Below, one piece after another: positions 1-8,373 of a stretch of DNA of 64,000 nt (the stretch's first letter is position 1; the number at the start of each line of letters is the position of its first letter). Made by a program: the position numbers and the translations under genes. The stretch is from Candidatus Eiseniibacteriota bacterium (lineage in GTDB: Bacteria; Eisenbacteria; RBG-16-71-46; CAVPCR01): the NCBI GenBank assembly GCA_963823555.1, contig CAWGMA010000003.1, positions 512,001-576,000 of the forward strand. Direction: 5' to 3'. The notes beneath the pieces are model-generated. The model was given only the letters and a program-made list of their open reading frames with translations, had not been told where the DNA came from and searched no databases.

Positions 1-197
1 CAGGCGCCAGCACCAGGGCCGGGATGGGGGTTTCACCGTAAGGAGCGCACTCGCAGGCTGATGCGAACGGCACCGCCCCTAGGCTAGACACAACCAAGGT
101 CCGTTTCCGTTCGATCGGCCCGTGAGCAACGCTCTCGGCGTGCTCGCAAACCCGTGAGTTCGCGAACAGGCTCGGCCTCGATCAACGAGGGACCAAG

Positions 198-698
198 ATG
201 AGTTGGCCGACTTCATTGGCGGGTCTCAGGAGAGACCTGCACGGTCGCCGCGGCGCGAACGACGCATCACCACGAGAGACGGAGCATCACGCCTCGGTCG
301 ACGAAGATTCCATCCGGGAACCCGCGCCCAGCGCGGATCGTACCGGGCCGTCCGGGGTCCACGGATCCCAGCATCGCTGTCATCACTCCGGAATCGAGAT
401 CACCGACATCCAGGTTCGACTGGTCGATAACGATCGACTGCGGGCCTGGGCGACGATCACCTTCAACGGCGCCTTCGTCATCAAGGGAATCCGGATCATC
501 CTGGGCAATCAGCGACTCTTCGTGGCCATGCCTTCGAAGCAGCAGAAGGATGGCAAGTACCAGGACATCGCCCATCCGATCAACCCGGATTTCCGCAAGT
601 TCCTGGAGGAGTCCATCCTCGAGGTCTATCGCATCATCGAGGCTGAGGACGGCGGACATCCGGTCAGTTCGTCCGCCGAGGATCTGGGGGATTTCTAG
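198..698 (+). CDS. spoVG: SpoVG family nucleic-acid-binding protein with N-terminal extension
   Basis: Core IEITDIQVRLV..LRAWATITFNGAFVIKGIRII..LFVAMPSKQ.KDGKYQDIAHPI matches the SpoVG pattern; GAGGGA SD before ATG198. Confidence 0.88.
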   Translation: MSWPTSLAGLRRDLHGRRGANDASPRETEHHASVDEDSIREPAPSADRTGPSGVHGSQHRCHHSGIEITDIQVRLVDNDRLRAWATITFNGAFVIKGIRIILGNQRLFVAMPSKQQKDGKYQDIAHPINPDFRKFLEESILEVYRIIEAEDGGHPVSSSAEDLGDF

Positions 699-2439
699 AA
701 GAGGTCGCGTCCTCCCGGCGCGCCGGGTCTTCCGGCTCCACCATCATCGTCTTCTCGCGGAGGCAGATCGCTGTCCCCGGCGGTGACCGGCGCGGTTTCC
801 GCACGTAGCGCTTCTCGGTCACGATCACCGGCACCAGACGCGAGTGGCGTGCCGCACTGAAGTGCGCCGCGGCGGCGGCGGCGGCCCGTACCACCGCGGC
901 CGGTGCCTGCGCGTGTCCACCATCAGCGCGGCGCAAGATCACGTGCGAGCCCGCCGCGCCGCTCACGTGCAACCAGAGATCCCGGGGGTGTGCCAGCTCG
1001 TGTGTGAGGACATCGTTGTCCGCGTTGCTCCGTCCCACCCAGACCTCCCACCCGCTCCCGAGCGCATAGCTCCTGTACGGGAGGCGCGCCGTAGCCTCGG
1101 CCTTGGCTCTGCTTCGGGCCGGGGTGCGGCCGCCGGCTCCCGAGGCGAGTTCGGGTAGATCCTTCGTTACGAGGCCCGCGCTCACCAGTTCCGCGACGAA
1201 GGCGGCGAGATCGGCATCCGGGACTTCACTGATGCGGGCCTGGGCCTCCGTCACCCCGGCAGCCCGCTCCATGATCTCCTGCGCACGCAGCTCGAGGTGC
1301 TCGCGGGCGCGCTCCGCACGACGCGCCGACTGGAAGTAGTCCTCGGCATTGGCGGCCGGCGACCGCCGGGGGTCGAGCGTGATCGCGATCGGCGCCTCAC
1401 CGCCTGCTGGATCCGGCAACTCGACCGCGGCGGCGCCGCGCGGCACGCGATGGAGATGCGCGAGCAGAGTCTCGCCTTGACGCCTGAGGAGCCGGGCATC
1501 GCCGAGCTTCGCGCGATCGGCATCGAGGGCGCGCCGGGCGCGACCGATCTTCGAGCTCTCGGTCTTGAGCGCGCGCGTCGCCGCGGCGCGCAATCCTGCC
1601 GCCCGCTCGCGGGCCCGTCGGAGCCGCGCCCACTCGACCAGGACCGGCAGCGGATCGCCCGCCTCCGCGCCGGCTCCCGCGGCGAGGGGGATGAGCTCCG
1701 GCTCGCCATCGACACCGGTCACGATGGCAATCGCTCCCGAATGGAGGGTCAGGCGCTCGGCGGCGGCGGCCGCATCGAGCGCCCCGGCGAGAATCGGTTC
1801 GATCACCGCGGGCGCGACGCCACGCAGGCATTCGCCGGCGGCGGTGGCGAGCGCGGTTCCCCTCGCTTCCGCCGCCGAGAGCCGCGTGGTGAGGAAGGCC
1901 TGCATGTCCGGCTGGTCCGCCGGAGTACCCTGGCCGAAGGGCAGGAGATAGGGGCCGCCGCGGGCCATCCGCCGATCATCGGCTCGCCGCGTGCCCGGCG
2001 CTCGAACCGCGGCGATGATGGTCCCATCGGCGGTGATGACGGCAAAGGGGGTCCGGGGCAGCATCTCGAAGAAGAGGTCCGCTTCCGGGCGTGGACCTCG
2101 CTCCGCTTCGCTGCCTTCGCTCCTGCGATAGGTGTGGAAAGCGATGTGGAGAACCCGTTCACAACCCACGATCGCGATCCGCTGGATGAGCGCGCCGGCA
2201 AGCGTGGCGGGGGCGTCCCCGAGCTGGTCGGTGAGCCGCCGGTTGAGCGAACGCGTCGTCTCGAAGCGGACATGCGGCGCTCCCGGCTCCACGGCCAGGA
2301 CGAGCATCGCCGGTTCCGGCGTGCCCGCGAGCGCGAGAGCGAGCTCGCTTTCGTTCAAGAGCCCCACTCGCCGCACCCGCCTGCCTTCCGCGCGCAGAGC
2401 CAGCGCCCGAGCCACCGCATTCACGATGAGCGCATTCAT
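664..2439 (-). CDS. rqcH: NFACT/RqcH (FbpA-like) ribosome quality control protein
   Basis: IAITLDPRRSPAANAEDYF coiled-coil segment; NFACT-R motifs VGRSNADND, DLWLHVSGAAGSHVI, YVRKP; start set at ATG2439 rather than the longest ORF. Confidence 0.85.
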   Translation of the reverse strand: MNALIVNAVARALALRAEGRRVRRVGLLNESELALALAGTPEPAMLVLAVEPGAPHVRFETTRSLNRRLTDQLGDAPATLAGALIQRIAIVGCERVLHIAFHTYRRSEGSEAERGPRPEADLFFEMLPRTPFAVITADGTIIAAVRAPGTRRADDRRMARGGPYLLPFGQGTPADQPDMQAFLTTRLSAAEARGTALATAAGECLRGVAPAVIEPILAGALDAAAAAERLTLHSGAIAIVTGVDGEPELIPLAAGAGAEAGDPLPVLVEWARLRRARERAAGLRAAATRALKTESSKIGRARRALDADRAKLGDARLLRRQGETLLAHLHRVPRGAAAVELPDPAGGEAPIAITLDPRRSPAANAEDYFQSARRAERAREHLELRAQEIMERAAGVTEAQARISEVPDADLAAFVAELVSAGLVTKDLPELASGAGGRTPARSRAKAEATARLPYRSYALGSGWEVWVGRSNADNDVLTHELAHPRDLWLHVSGAAGSHVILRRADGGHAQAPAAVVRAAAAAAAHFSAARHSRLVPVIVTEKRYVRKPRRSPPGTAICLREKTMMVEPEDPARREDATSSRNPPDPRRTN

Positions 2440-2502
2440 GGCATGAACATACCTTGTGCGACGAGTTCTCCCCAAGCGGTCTCGCGCCGCGCGTTCGCCG
2501 TC

Positions 2503-2532
2503 TTTACATCGCATCGCCCGAGGTGGCATACT
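2503..2532 (+). promoter_or_regulatory. Putative sigma70-type promoter for yicC-gmk-coaBC
   Basis: TTTACA-18 bp-CATACT with TG extended -10. Confidence 0.4.
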
Positions 2533-2622
2533 GGCGGTTGCCACGACGATCGGATCAGGATCAAAGGACACGGTCTCTAGGATATGCAGCGTGCCGCGCA
2601 GTGTTCCGCGGCGGAGAGCTTC

Positions 2623-3498
2623 ATGAAGAGCATGACGGGCTTCGGGCGGGCGACGGTCGAGCTGGGAGGCCGCAGCTGCACCGCCGAGATCCGGACGGTC
2701 AATCATCGCTACTGCGAGATCTCGCTGCGTCTGCCGCGGACGATGCAGGCCCTCGAGCCGGAATCACGCCGGCTCTTGCAAGAGCGCTTTCCGCGCGGCT
2801 CGGTCTCGGTCTCGGTCACGCTCGACGGTCGCGAAGACGATCCGGGCATGCTGATCGCCAACAGCGCGGTCACCCGCCGTTACATCGAGCTCTTGCGCGA
2901 GATCCAGAGCGAACATGGCATCGGTGGCGACATCGACATCAATACCATTGCCCTCCTTCCCGATCTGTTCAGCTATCAACAGGGCGAGGCGGACAAGAGC
3001 GAGTTGTGGCCGATTCTCGCGGCCGGTCTGGAGGCGGCTGCCGGGCGTGCCGACGAGAACCGCGGTCTCGAGGGCGGACATCTCGAACGCGAGTTCCGCC
3101 AGCGTGTTGCTCACATGGCGAAGATCCTCGAGCAAATCGAGGCCCGGGCGCCGCTGCGCGCCCTCGAGGTGAAGGAGCGGCTCAGGGCTCGCCTCGATCT
3201 CCTCGTGGCCGAGGGCGGGATCGATCCCGGTCGGCTGGCGCAGGAGATGGCCGTGCTCGCCGATCGCATCGATTTCACCGAGGAGACGGTGCGGCTGCGG
3301 GCCCACACCCAGCAGTTCGTCGATCTCATCGCGAGCCCGGGGCCGCATGGGCGGAGACTCAACTTCCTCATCCAGGAGATGGGCCGCGAGGCCAACACCA
3401 TCGGCTCCAAGGCCAATGACCCGGATCTCTCCGCGCTGGTCATCGAGCTCAAGGAAGAGGTCGAGAAGCTGCGCGAGCAAGTGCAGAACGTGGAATGA
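2623..3498 (+). CDS. yicC: YicC/YloC family endoribonuclease
   Basis: MKSMTGFGR, EIRTVNHRY, GRRLNFLIQEMGREANTIGSK, EKLREQVQNVE. Confidence 0.93.
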   Translation: MKSMTGFGRATVELGGRSCTAEIRTVNHRYCEISLRLPRTMQALEPESRRLLQERFPRGSVSVSVTLDGREDDPGMLIANSAVTRRYIELLREIQSEHGIGGDIDINTIALLPDLFSYQQGEADKSELWPILAAGLEAAAGRADENRGLEGGHLEREFRQRVAHMAKILEQIEARAPLRALEVKERLRARLDLLVAEGGIDPGRLAQEMAVLADRIDFTEETVRLRAHTQQFVDLIASPGPHGRRLNFLIQEMGREANTIGSKANDPDLSALVIELKEEVEKLREQVQNVE

Positions 3499-4163
3499 CG
3501 GGTGGAATCGGCGGCCGCAGCACGATGCCGGATCGGTTGACGAGGCCGTTCCCGATCGCCATCTCCGGACCATCCGGAGCGGGGAAGAGCTCGATCGTAG
3601 CCCGGCTTCTCGCCGCTGATGCGTGGCTGCGCCTGTCGGTCTCGGTGACGACGCGACCGAAGCGCTCGGGCGAGGTGGTGGGACGCGACTACACCTACGT
3701 GAGCCGCGGGGAGTTCGCGACCCTGGCTGCATCCGGAGCGCTCGTCGAGTCGGCCGAGGTGCACGGCAACGGATACGGCACCCCGCGGCAGCCGCTCGAG
3801 GAATGGCTGGCGGCAGGCCTGGATGTGCTGCTCGATGTCGACTACCAGGGCGGGCTCAAGATCAAAGCGGTCTATCCCGATGCGGTCCTGATCTTTCTCC
3901 TGCCGCCGTCATGGCGCGATCTCGAAGCGCGCCTGCGCGGCCGCAACAGCGATGCCGAGCCCGAAGTCGAGAAGCGGCTCAGGAATGCGGCGCGTGAGAT
4001 TGCCGAGGGCGAGCGGTATGATTACTTCGTGGTCAATGCCGATCTCGATCGCGCGGTGGCGGAGGTCGCAACCATCATCGCCGCCGAGCGCCAGCGGAGC
4101 ACGCGTCTCGAGTCAGGGTTCGGGGTGCTGATCGGCGCCCCGCCGCGTGCGCTCGAGGCCTAG
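3495..4163 (+). CDS. gmk: Guanylate kinase
   Basis: P-loop GPSGAGKS, SVTTRPKRSGEVVGRDY, IFLLPPS. Confidence 0.95.
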   Translation: MTGGIGGRSTMPDRLTRPFPIAISGPSGAGKSSIVARLLAADAWLRLSVSVTTRPKRSGEVVGRDYTYVSRGEFATLAASGALVESAEVHGNGYGTPRQPLEEWLAAGLDVLLDVDYQGGLKIKAVYPDAVLIFLLPPSWRDLEARLRGRNSDAEPEVEKRLRNAAREIAEGERYDYFVVNADLDRAVAEVATIIAAERQRSTRLESGFGVLIGAPPRALEA

Positions 4164-4193
4164 AACCAGAGAGTCGTCGGGAAGAGGTCGCAG

Positions 4194-5426
4194 ATGCTTA
4201 CCGGGAAGAACGTGATCCTCGGCGTCACCGGCTCGATCGCCGCCTTCAAGGCGATCGAAGTGCTGCGCATGCTCGGCAAGGACGAGGATGCGCGCGTGAC
4301 CACGATCCTGACGCGGAACGCCACCCACTTCGTCGGTCCCCTGAGCTTCAGCGTGTTGTCGGGCCGACCCTGCCTCGTCGATCAGTACGCTGCGGAGGAG
4401 ATGCGGGCGAGCTTCATCCCACCCGATGAGCCGGGCCGCGTGCCGCTCGTTCATATCGATCTGGCGCAGAACGCCGATCTCGTGCTGGTGGCTCCGGCCT
4501 CGGCCAATCTGCTCGGCAAGGTGGCCGGCGGGATCGCCGACGACCTCCTGAGCGTGACCATCATGGCGACGAGCGCTCCGGTCCTCTTCGCCCCGGCGAT
4601 GAACACGCGGATGTGGGAGAACCCGATCGTCGCGGGCAACGTGCGCCGGCTCGAGGAGCTCGGATACCACTTCGTCGGCCCGGACGCCGGCGATCTCGCC
4701 TGCGGCATCGGCGCCGGCCGGCTCGCCGAGCCGGCGGCGATCGTGGCCGCAGCGAAGGCGCTGCTCCTCGCCGGGCCCCTCACGGGGCGGACCGTGATCG
4801 TGACCGCCGGTCGCACCGAGGAGCCGATCGATCCGGTGCGGACGCTCTCCAACCGCTCGAGCGGGAGGATGGGCTACGCCCTGGCCGCGGCGGCTCGCGA
4901 TCTCGGCGCGCGGGTCATCCTCATCAGCGGAGCGGCATCGGTGCCGCCGCCTGCGGGCGTCGAGCTCCAGATGGCCACCACGGCCGAAGCCATGCGCGAG
5001 CGTGTGGTCGCCGAGTTCGATCGAGCCGATGCGCTCATCATGGCGGCCGCAGTCGCCGACTATCGGCCCAAGGTCGAGAGCCGGGAGAAGATCCGCCGCG
5101 CCGCGGCGCCGCTCGCGCTCGAACTCGAGCCGACCGCGGACATTCTCGCCGAGGTCGGGAGGAAGAAGGGCCAGCGCGTGGTCGTCGGCTTCGCGCTCGA
5201 GACGGGCGAGGACGGCCCGGCGAGCGCGCGGCGGAAACTCGTGGAGAAGAGCCTGGATCTCGTCGTCCTCAACTGGGCCGCCGAGGCCATCGGCACCGAT
5301 ACCACCCGCGCGGTGCTCATCGATGAGCGCGGCGAGCAGATGCTGCCGATGGCGGCGAAGGCGGAGGTCGCCCGCACCATCGTGGAGACGGTCGCGCGCC
5401 GCTTGCAGGAGAAGGGCGCGGCCTGA
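4194..5426 (+). CDS. coaBC: Bifunctional phosphopantothenoylcysteine decarboxylase/ligase
   Basis: GVTGSIAAFK, PAMNTRMW, TEEPIDPVRTLSNRSSGRMG, AAVADY, VGFALET. Confidence 0.96.
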   Translation: MLTGKNVILGVTGSIAAFKAIEVLRMLGKDEDARVTTILTRNATHFVGPLSFSVLSGRPCLVDQYAAEEMRASFIPPDEPGRVPLVHIDLAQNADLVLVAPASANLLGKVAGGIADDLLSVTIMATSAPVLFAPAMNTRMWENPIVAGNVRRLEELGYHFVGPDAGDLACGIGAGRLAEPAAIVAAAKALLLAGPLTGRTVIVTAGRTEEPIDPVRTLSNRSSGRMGYALAAAARDLGARVILISGAASVPPPAGVELQMATTAEAMRERVVAEFDRADALIMAAAVADYRPKVESREKIRRAAAPLALELEPTADILAEVGRKKGQRVVVGFALETGEDGPASARRKLVEKSLDLVVLNWAAEAIGTDTTRAVLIDERGEQMLPMAAKAEVARTIVETVARRLQEKGAA

Positions 5427-5452
5427 GCGCAACCCAAGGAAGGGGAGGGGAG

Positions 5453-6376
5453 ATGACGCCGGAGGAGCGTGCCGTGATGGCCGAGTTGCGGCGGCGGGTG
5501 TCCCGGGAGATCGAAACCGGGAGCCGGTACGTGATCGACGCCGAGCTGGCAGCGAGCATCGGGAGTGCGGCAGGGATGGGGCCGAGCGCTGCCGCGCCGC
5601 CAGCGAGCGCCGGTGTGCCGCCAGCGAGCGCTGCTCCGCCGCGCGCCGCGGCGAGGGGAACGACCGGGCCAGCTGCGGCCGCGAACCGCGCCGCCGCTCC
5701 GCCTCCGGCAGCGCCGCCGGCCCCGGCGGGCGCATCGCGCCGCGGCGAGGCGGCTCCACCGAGCCCCGATCACGCCGAGCGCAGCGCGCGTCTCGCTGCC
5801 CTCACCACGCGCGCCGAAGCCTGCACCCAATGCGCGCTCGCCGGCACCCGCAACAAGGTGGTCGTCGGCGTCGGCTGCCTCGATCCCGGGCTCATGCTCG
5901 TCGGTGAGGCGCCGGGCGCGGACGAGGATCGTCAGGGCGAACCCTTCGTGGGCCGCGCCGGGCAGCTGCTCACTCGCATCCTTGCCGCGATCGGTCTCGA
6001 GCGCAGCGATGTCTACATCGCCAATGTGTTGAAGTGCCGGCCGCCCGAGAATCGCAATCCGCTACCCGGCGAGATCGCCGCCTGCTCGCCATTCCTGGCC
6101 GAGCAGTTCGAGATCATTCGCCCGCGGGTGATCTGCGCTCTCGGCCGCTTCGCGGCATCGACCTTGCTGCGCACGCACCAGACCACGCTCGGTGCGCTGC
6201 GCGGCCGTATCCATGACTACCAGGGAATCCCGGTGGTCGTCACCTACCACCCCTCGGCGCTCTTGCGCTATCCGATGTACAAGAAGCCGACCTGGGAGGA
6301 CATGCAGGTCGTGCAGAGGCTCCTCGCCGGGATGAGCGCCGAGGAGGCGCTGGTGCCGGCTGGCTCGGGATCCTGA
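5453..6376 (+). CDS. Family 4 (Fe-S) uracil-DNA glycosylase with Ala/Pro-rich N-terminal linker
   Basis: CTQC, GEAPGADED, PFVGRAG, NVLKCRPPENR, YHPS. Confidence 0.92.
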   Translation: MTPEERAVMAELRRRVSREIETGSRYVIDAELAASIGSAAGMGPSAAAPPASAGVPPASAAPPRAAARGTTGPAAAANRAAAPPPAAPPAPAGASRRGEAAPPSPDHAERSARLAALTTRAEACTQCALAGTRNKVVVGVGCLDPGLMLVGEAPGADEDRQGEPFVGRAGQLLTRILAAIGLERSDVYIANVLKCRPPENRNPLPGEIAACSPFLAEQFEIIRPRVICALGRFAASTLLRTHQTTLGALRGRIHDYQGIPVVVTYHPSALLRYPMYKKPTWEDMQVVQRLLAGMSAEEALVPAGSGS

Positions 6377-6662
6377 TCGGGCCGGCAGCCGTCGTGATAC
6401 GGTCTGCCGCGTTCGCACTGGTTTCGACGAGCTTCGGGTTTGGACAAGCTCTGGTTTCGAGCTAGGTCATTTTGAGGTCGTCGGCCGCGGCGTTCGGCGC
6501 CGTGCCGGCCAGGGATCGCGGGACCTGGCGGGGTGATCTCTCGCGCGCCGCGAGCGCAGGTGAGATCTCCCCGGCAAGCCTCGTGGTCCTCCCGGGACCG
6601 ATCGCCTCCATCCACTGCCGAGTGGGCGCCGCGGCCGCTGGCCGAGCGTCCGGGGGAAGACC

Positions 6663-8033
6663 ATGAACCGTCCCACCTTTGCCACCGAGTTCGAGGGGCT
6701 TGTCCCGCCGCAGGCCCTCGATGCCGAGCGCGCCGTGCTCGGTGCCATGTGCCTGAGCCAGGAGGCGATCGCCCGGGCCGTCGAACGGCTCGAGGAGCGC
6801 TCGTTCTACCGGGAGTCTCATCGCCGCATCTGGGCCGCGATCATCGCCATCTTCGAGCGCGGCGAGGCGGTCGACCTGATCACGCTCCGCGAGGAGCTCA
6901 CGCGTCGCGGCGAGATCGAGTCGATCGGTGGTACCGCTTACCTGACCGATCTCTTCGAGTACATGCCGGCTGCCGCCAACGTCGACTACCACGCCCGCAT
7001 CGTGGCCGAGAAGGCCATCATGCGCCGGCTGATCGAGGCGGCCACCTCCATCAACGAGGAGAGCTATCGCGGCGCCGAGGCCGCCGAGGTCGTGCTCGAC
7101 CGGGCCCAGGAGCGCATCTTCGACATCTCCGCGGCACGCGCCCGCCGTGGGTTCATTCCCATGCGGCAGGTGGTCATGGACACGTTCGAGATCATCCAGG
7201 AGCTCTACGACAAGAAGAGTCACGTCACGGGACTCGAGTCCGGGTTCATCGATCTCGATGCCAAGACCGCCGGCTTCCAGAAGACCGACCTGATCATCGT
7301 GGCGGGACGCCCGTCGATGGGCAAGACGAGCTTCTGCCTGAACATCGCCGAGCATTGCGCCATCAAGAACCGCACTCCCGTGGCCATCTTCAGCCTGGAA
7401 ATGGCCAAGGAGCAGGTCGCGCAGCGCATGCTCTGCTCCCAGTCGCGTGTGGATGGCCACCGCCTGCGGACAGGATATCTGCGTGATGCCGAGTGGACGG
7501 CCTTGACCCGTGCCGCGAGCGAGCTCTCGGAAGCGCCGATCTACATCGATGACACGCCGGGCGTCTCCATCCTCGAGCTCAGGGCCAAGGCCCGCCGCCT
7601 GGCCATGGAGGTCAAGAGCCTCGGCCTCATCGTCGTCGACTACCTGCAGCTCATGCGGGGCGGCGACGATGCGGAGAACCGGCAGCAGGAGATCTCGCGC
7701 ATCTCCCAGGCCCTCAAGTCGCTGGCCAAGGAGCTCGGGGTGCCGGTGCTCGCCCTTTCCCAGCTCTCGCGCGCGGTCGAGCAGCGCGGCGGGGATCGCC
7801 GGCCGGTGCTCTCGGACCTGCGCGAGTCCGGGGCCATCGAGCAGGACGCCGATGTCGTGCTCTTCATCTACCGGCCGGAGATCTACGACCCGGAGAACGA
7901 GGAGACCCGCGGCATCGCCGAGATCATCATCGGCAAGCAGCGTAACGGCCCCGTGGGCACGGTGCGCCTGGCCTTCCTGTCGAGCTTCGCGCGCTTCGAC
8001 AACCTGGCCCAGCTCGCGGAGACCCCCTTCTAG
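6663..8033 (+). CDS. dnaB: Replicative DNA helicase
   Basis: AERAVLG, AGRPSMGKT, FSLEM, VDYLQLM, SDLRESGAIEQDAD, KQRNGP; no intein. Confidence 0.97.
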   Translation: MNRPTFATEFEGLVPPQALDAERAVLGAMCLSQEAIARAVERLEERSFYRESHRRIWAAIIAIFERGEAVDLITLREELTRRGEIESIGGTAYLTDLFEYMPAAANVDYHARIVAEKAIMRRLIEAATSINEESYRGAEAAEVVLDRAQERIFDISAARARRGFIPMRQVVMDTFEIIQELYDKKSHVTGLESGFIDLDAKTAGFQKTDLIIVAGRPSMGKTSFCLNIAEHCAIKNRTPVAIFSLEMAKEQVAQRMLCSQSRVDGHRLRTGYLRDAEWTALTRAASELSEAPIYIDDTPGVSILELRAKARRLAMEVKSLGLIVVDYLQLMRGGDDAENRQQEISRISQALKSLAKELGVPVLALSQLSRAVEQRGGDRRPVLSDLRESGAIEQDADVVLFIYRPEIYDPENEETRGIAEIIIGKQRNGPVGTVRLAFLSSFARFDNLAQLAETPF

Positions 8034-8213
8034 GCGCGGGGACCGGGCGAATCTCGCGCCCCGGGAGCGGGGAGGTCGGCGTCCCGCCGGGCCGCAGGCG
8101 CGGACAGGTGAAGCTCTCGGGGGGAAGCCGGGCTGGCAGCCCACCCAAGTTGTGCCTGGGCAAGACCATCGGCGGCGCGGTCCAGACGGGCAATCCTCTT
8201 CATTGCTAGGCAT

Positions 8214-8242
8214 TTGCCGCATCGTCCGGACCCTGCTATGAT
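8214..8242 (+). promoter_or_regulatory. Putative sigma70 promoter
   Basis: TTGCCG-17 bp-TATGAT with TG extended -10. Confidence 0.55.
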
Positions 8243-8261
8243 ATTCGACAGAATCCACGGT

Positions 8262-8307
8262 GGCCAACCACCCCCGGACCCGCCTGAACGGGGTGGGTGG
8301 CCTTTTT
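8262..8307 (+). terminator. Terminator-like hairpin in the 5' leader
   Basis: GGCCAACCACCCC..GGGGTGGGTGGCC followed by TTTTT. Confidence 0.5.
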
Positions 8308-8373
8308 GCGCATAGCCCCTCCCGGTGCCCGCACTTAGCACGTCCCGGGAGTTCGCCCGACAAGGAGGCCTCA

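Noticed and set aside
5570..5780. GCCGCCAGCGAGCGC repeats in udg
   Set aside because: Two copies within a low-complexity Ala/Pro linker; not an array.
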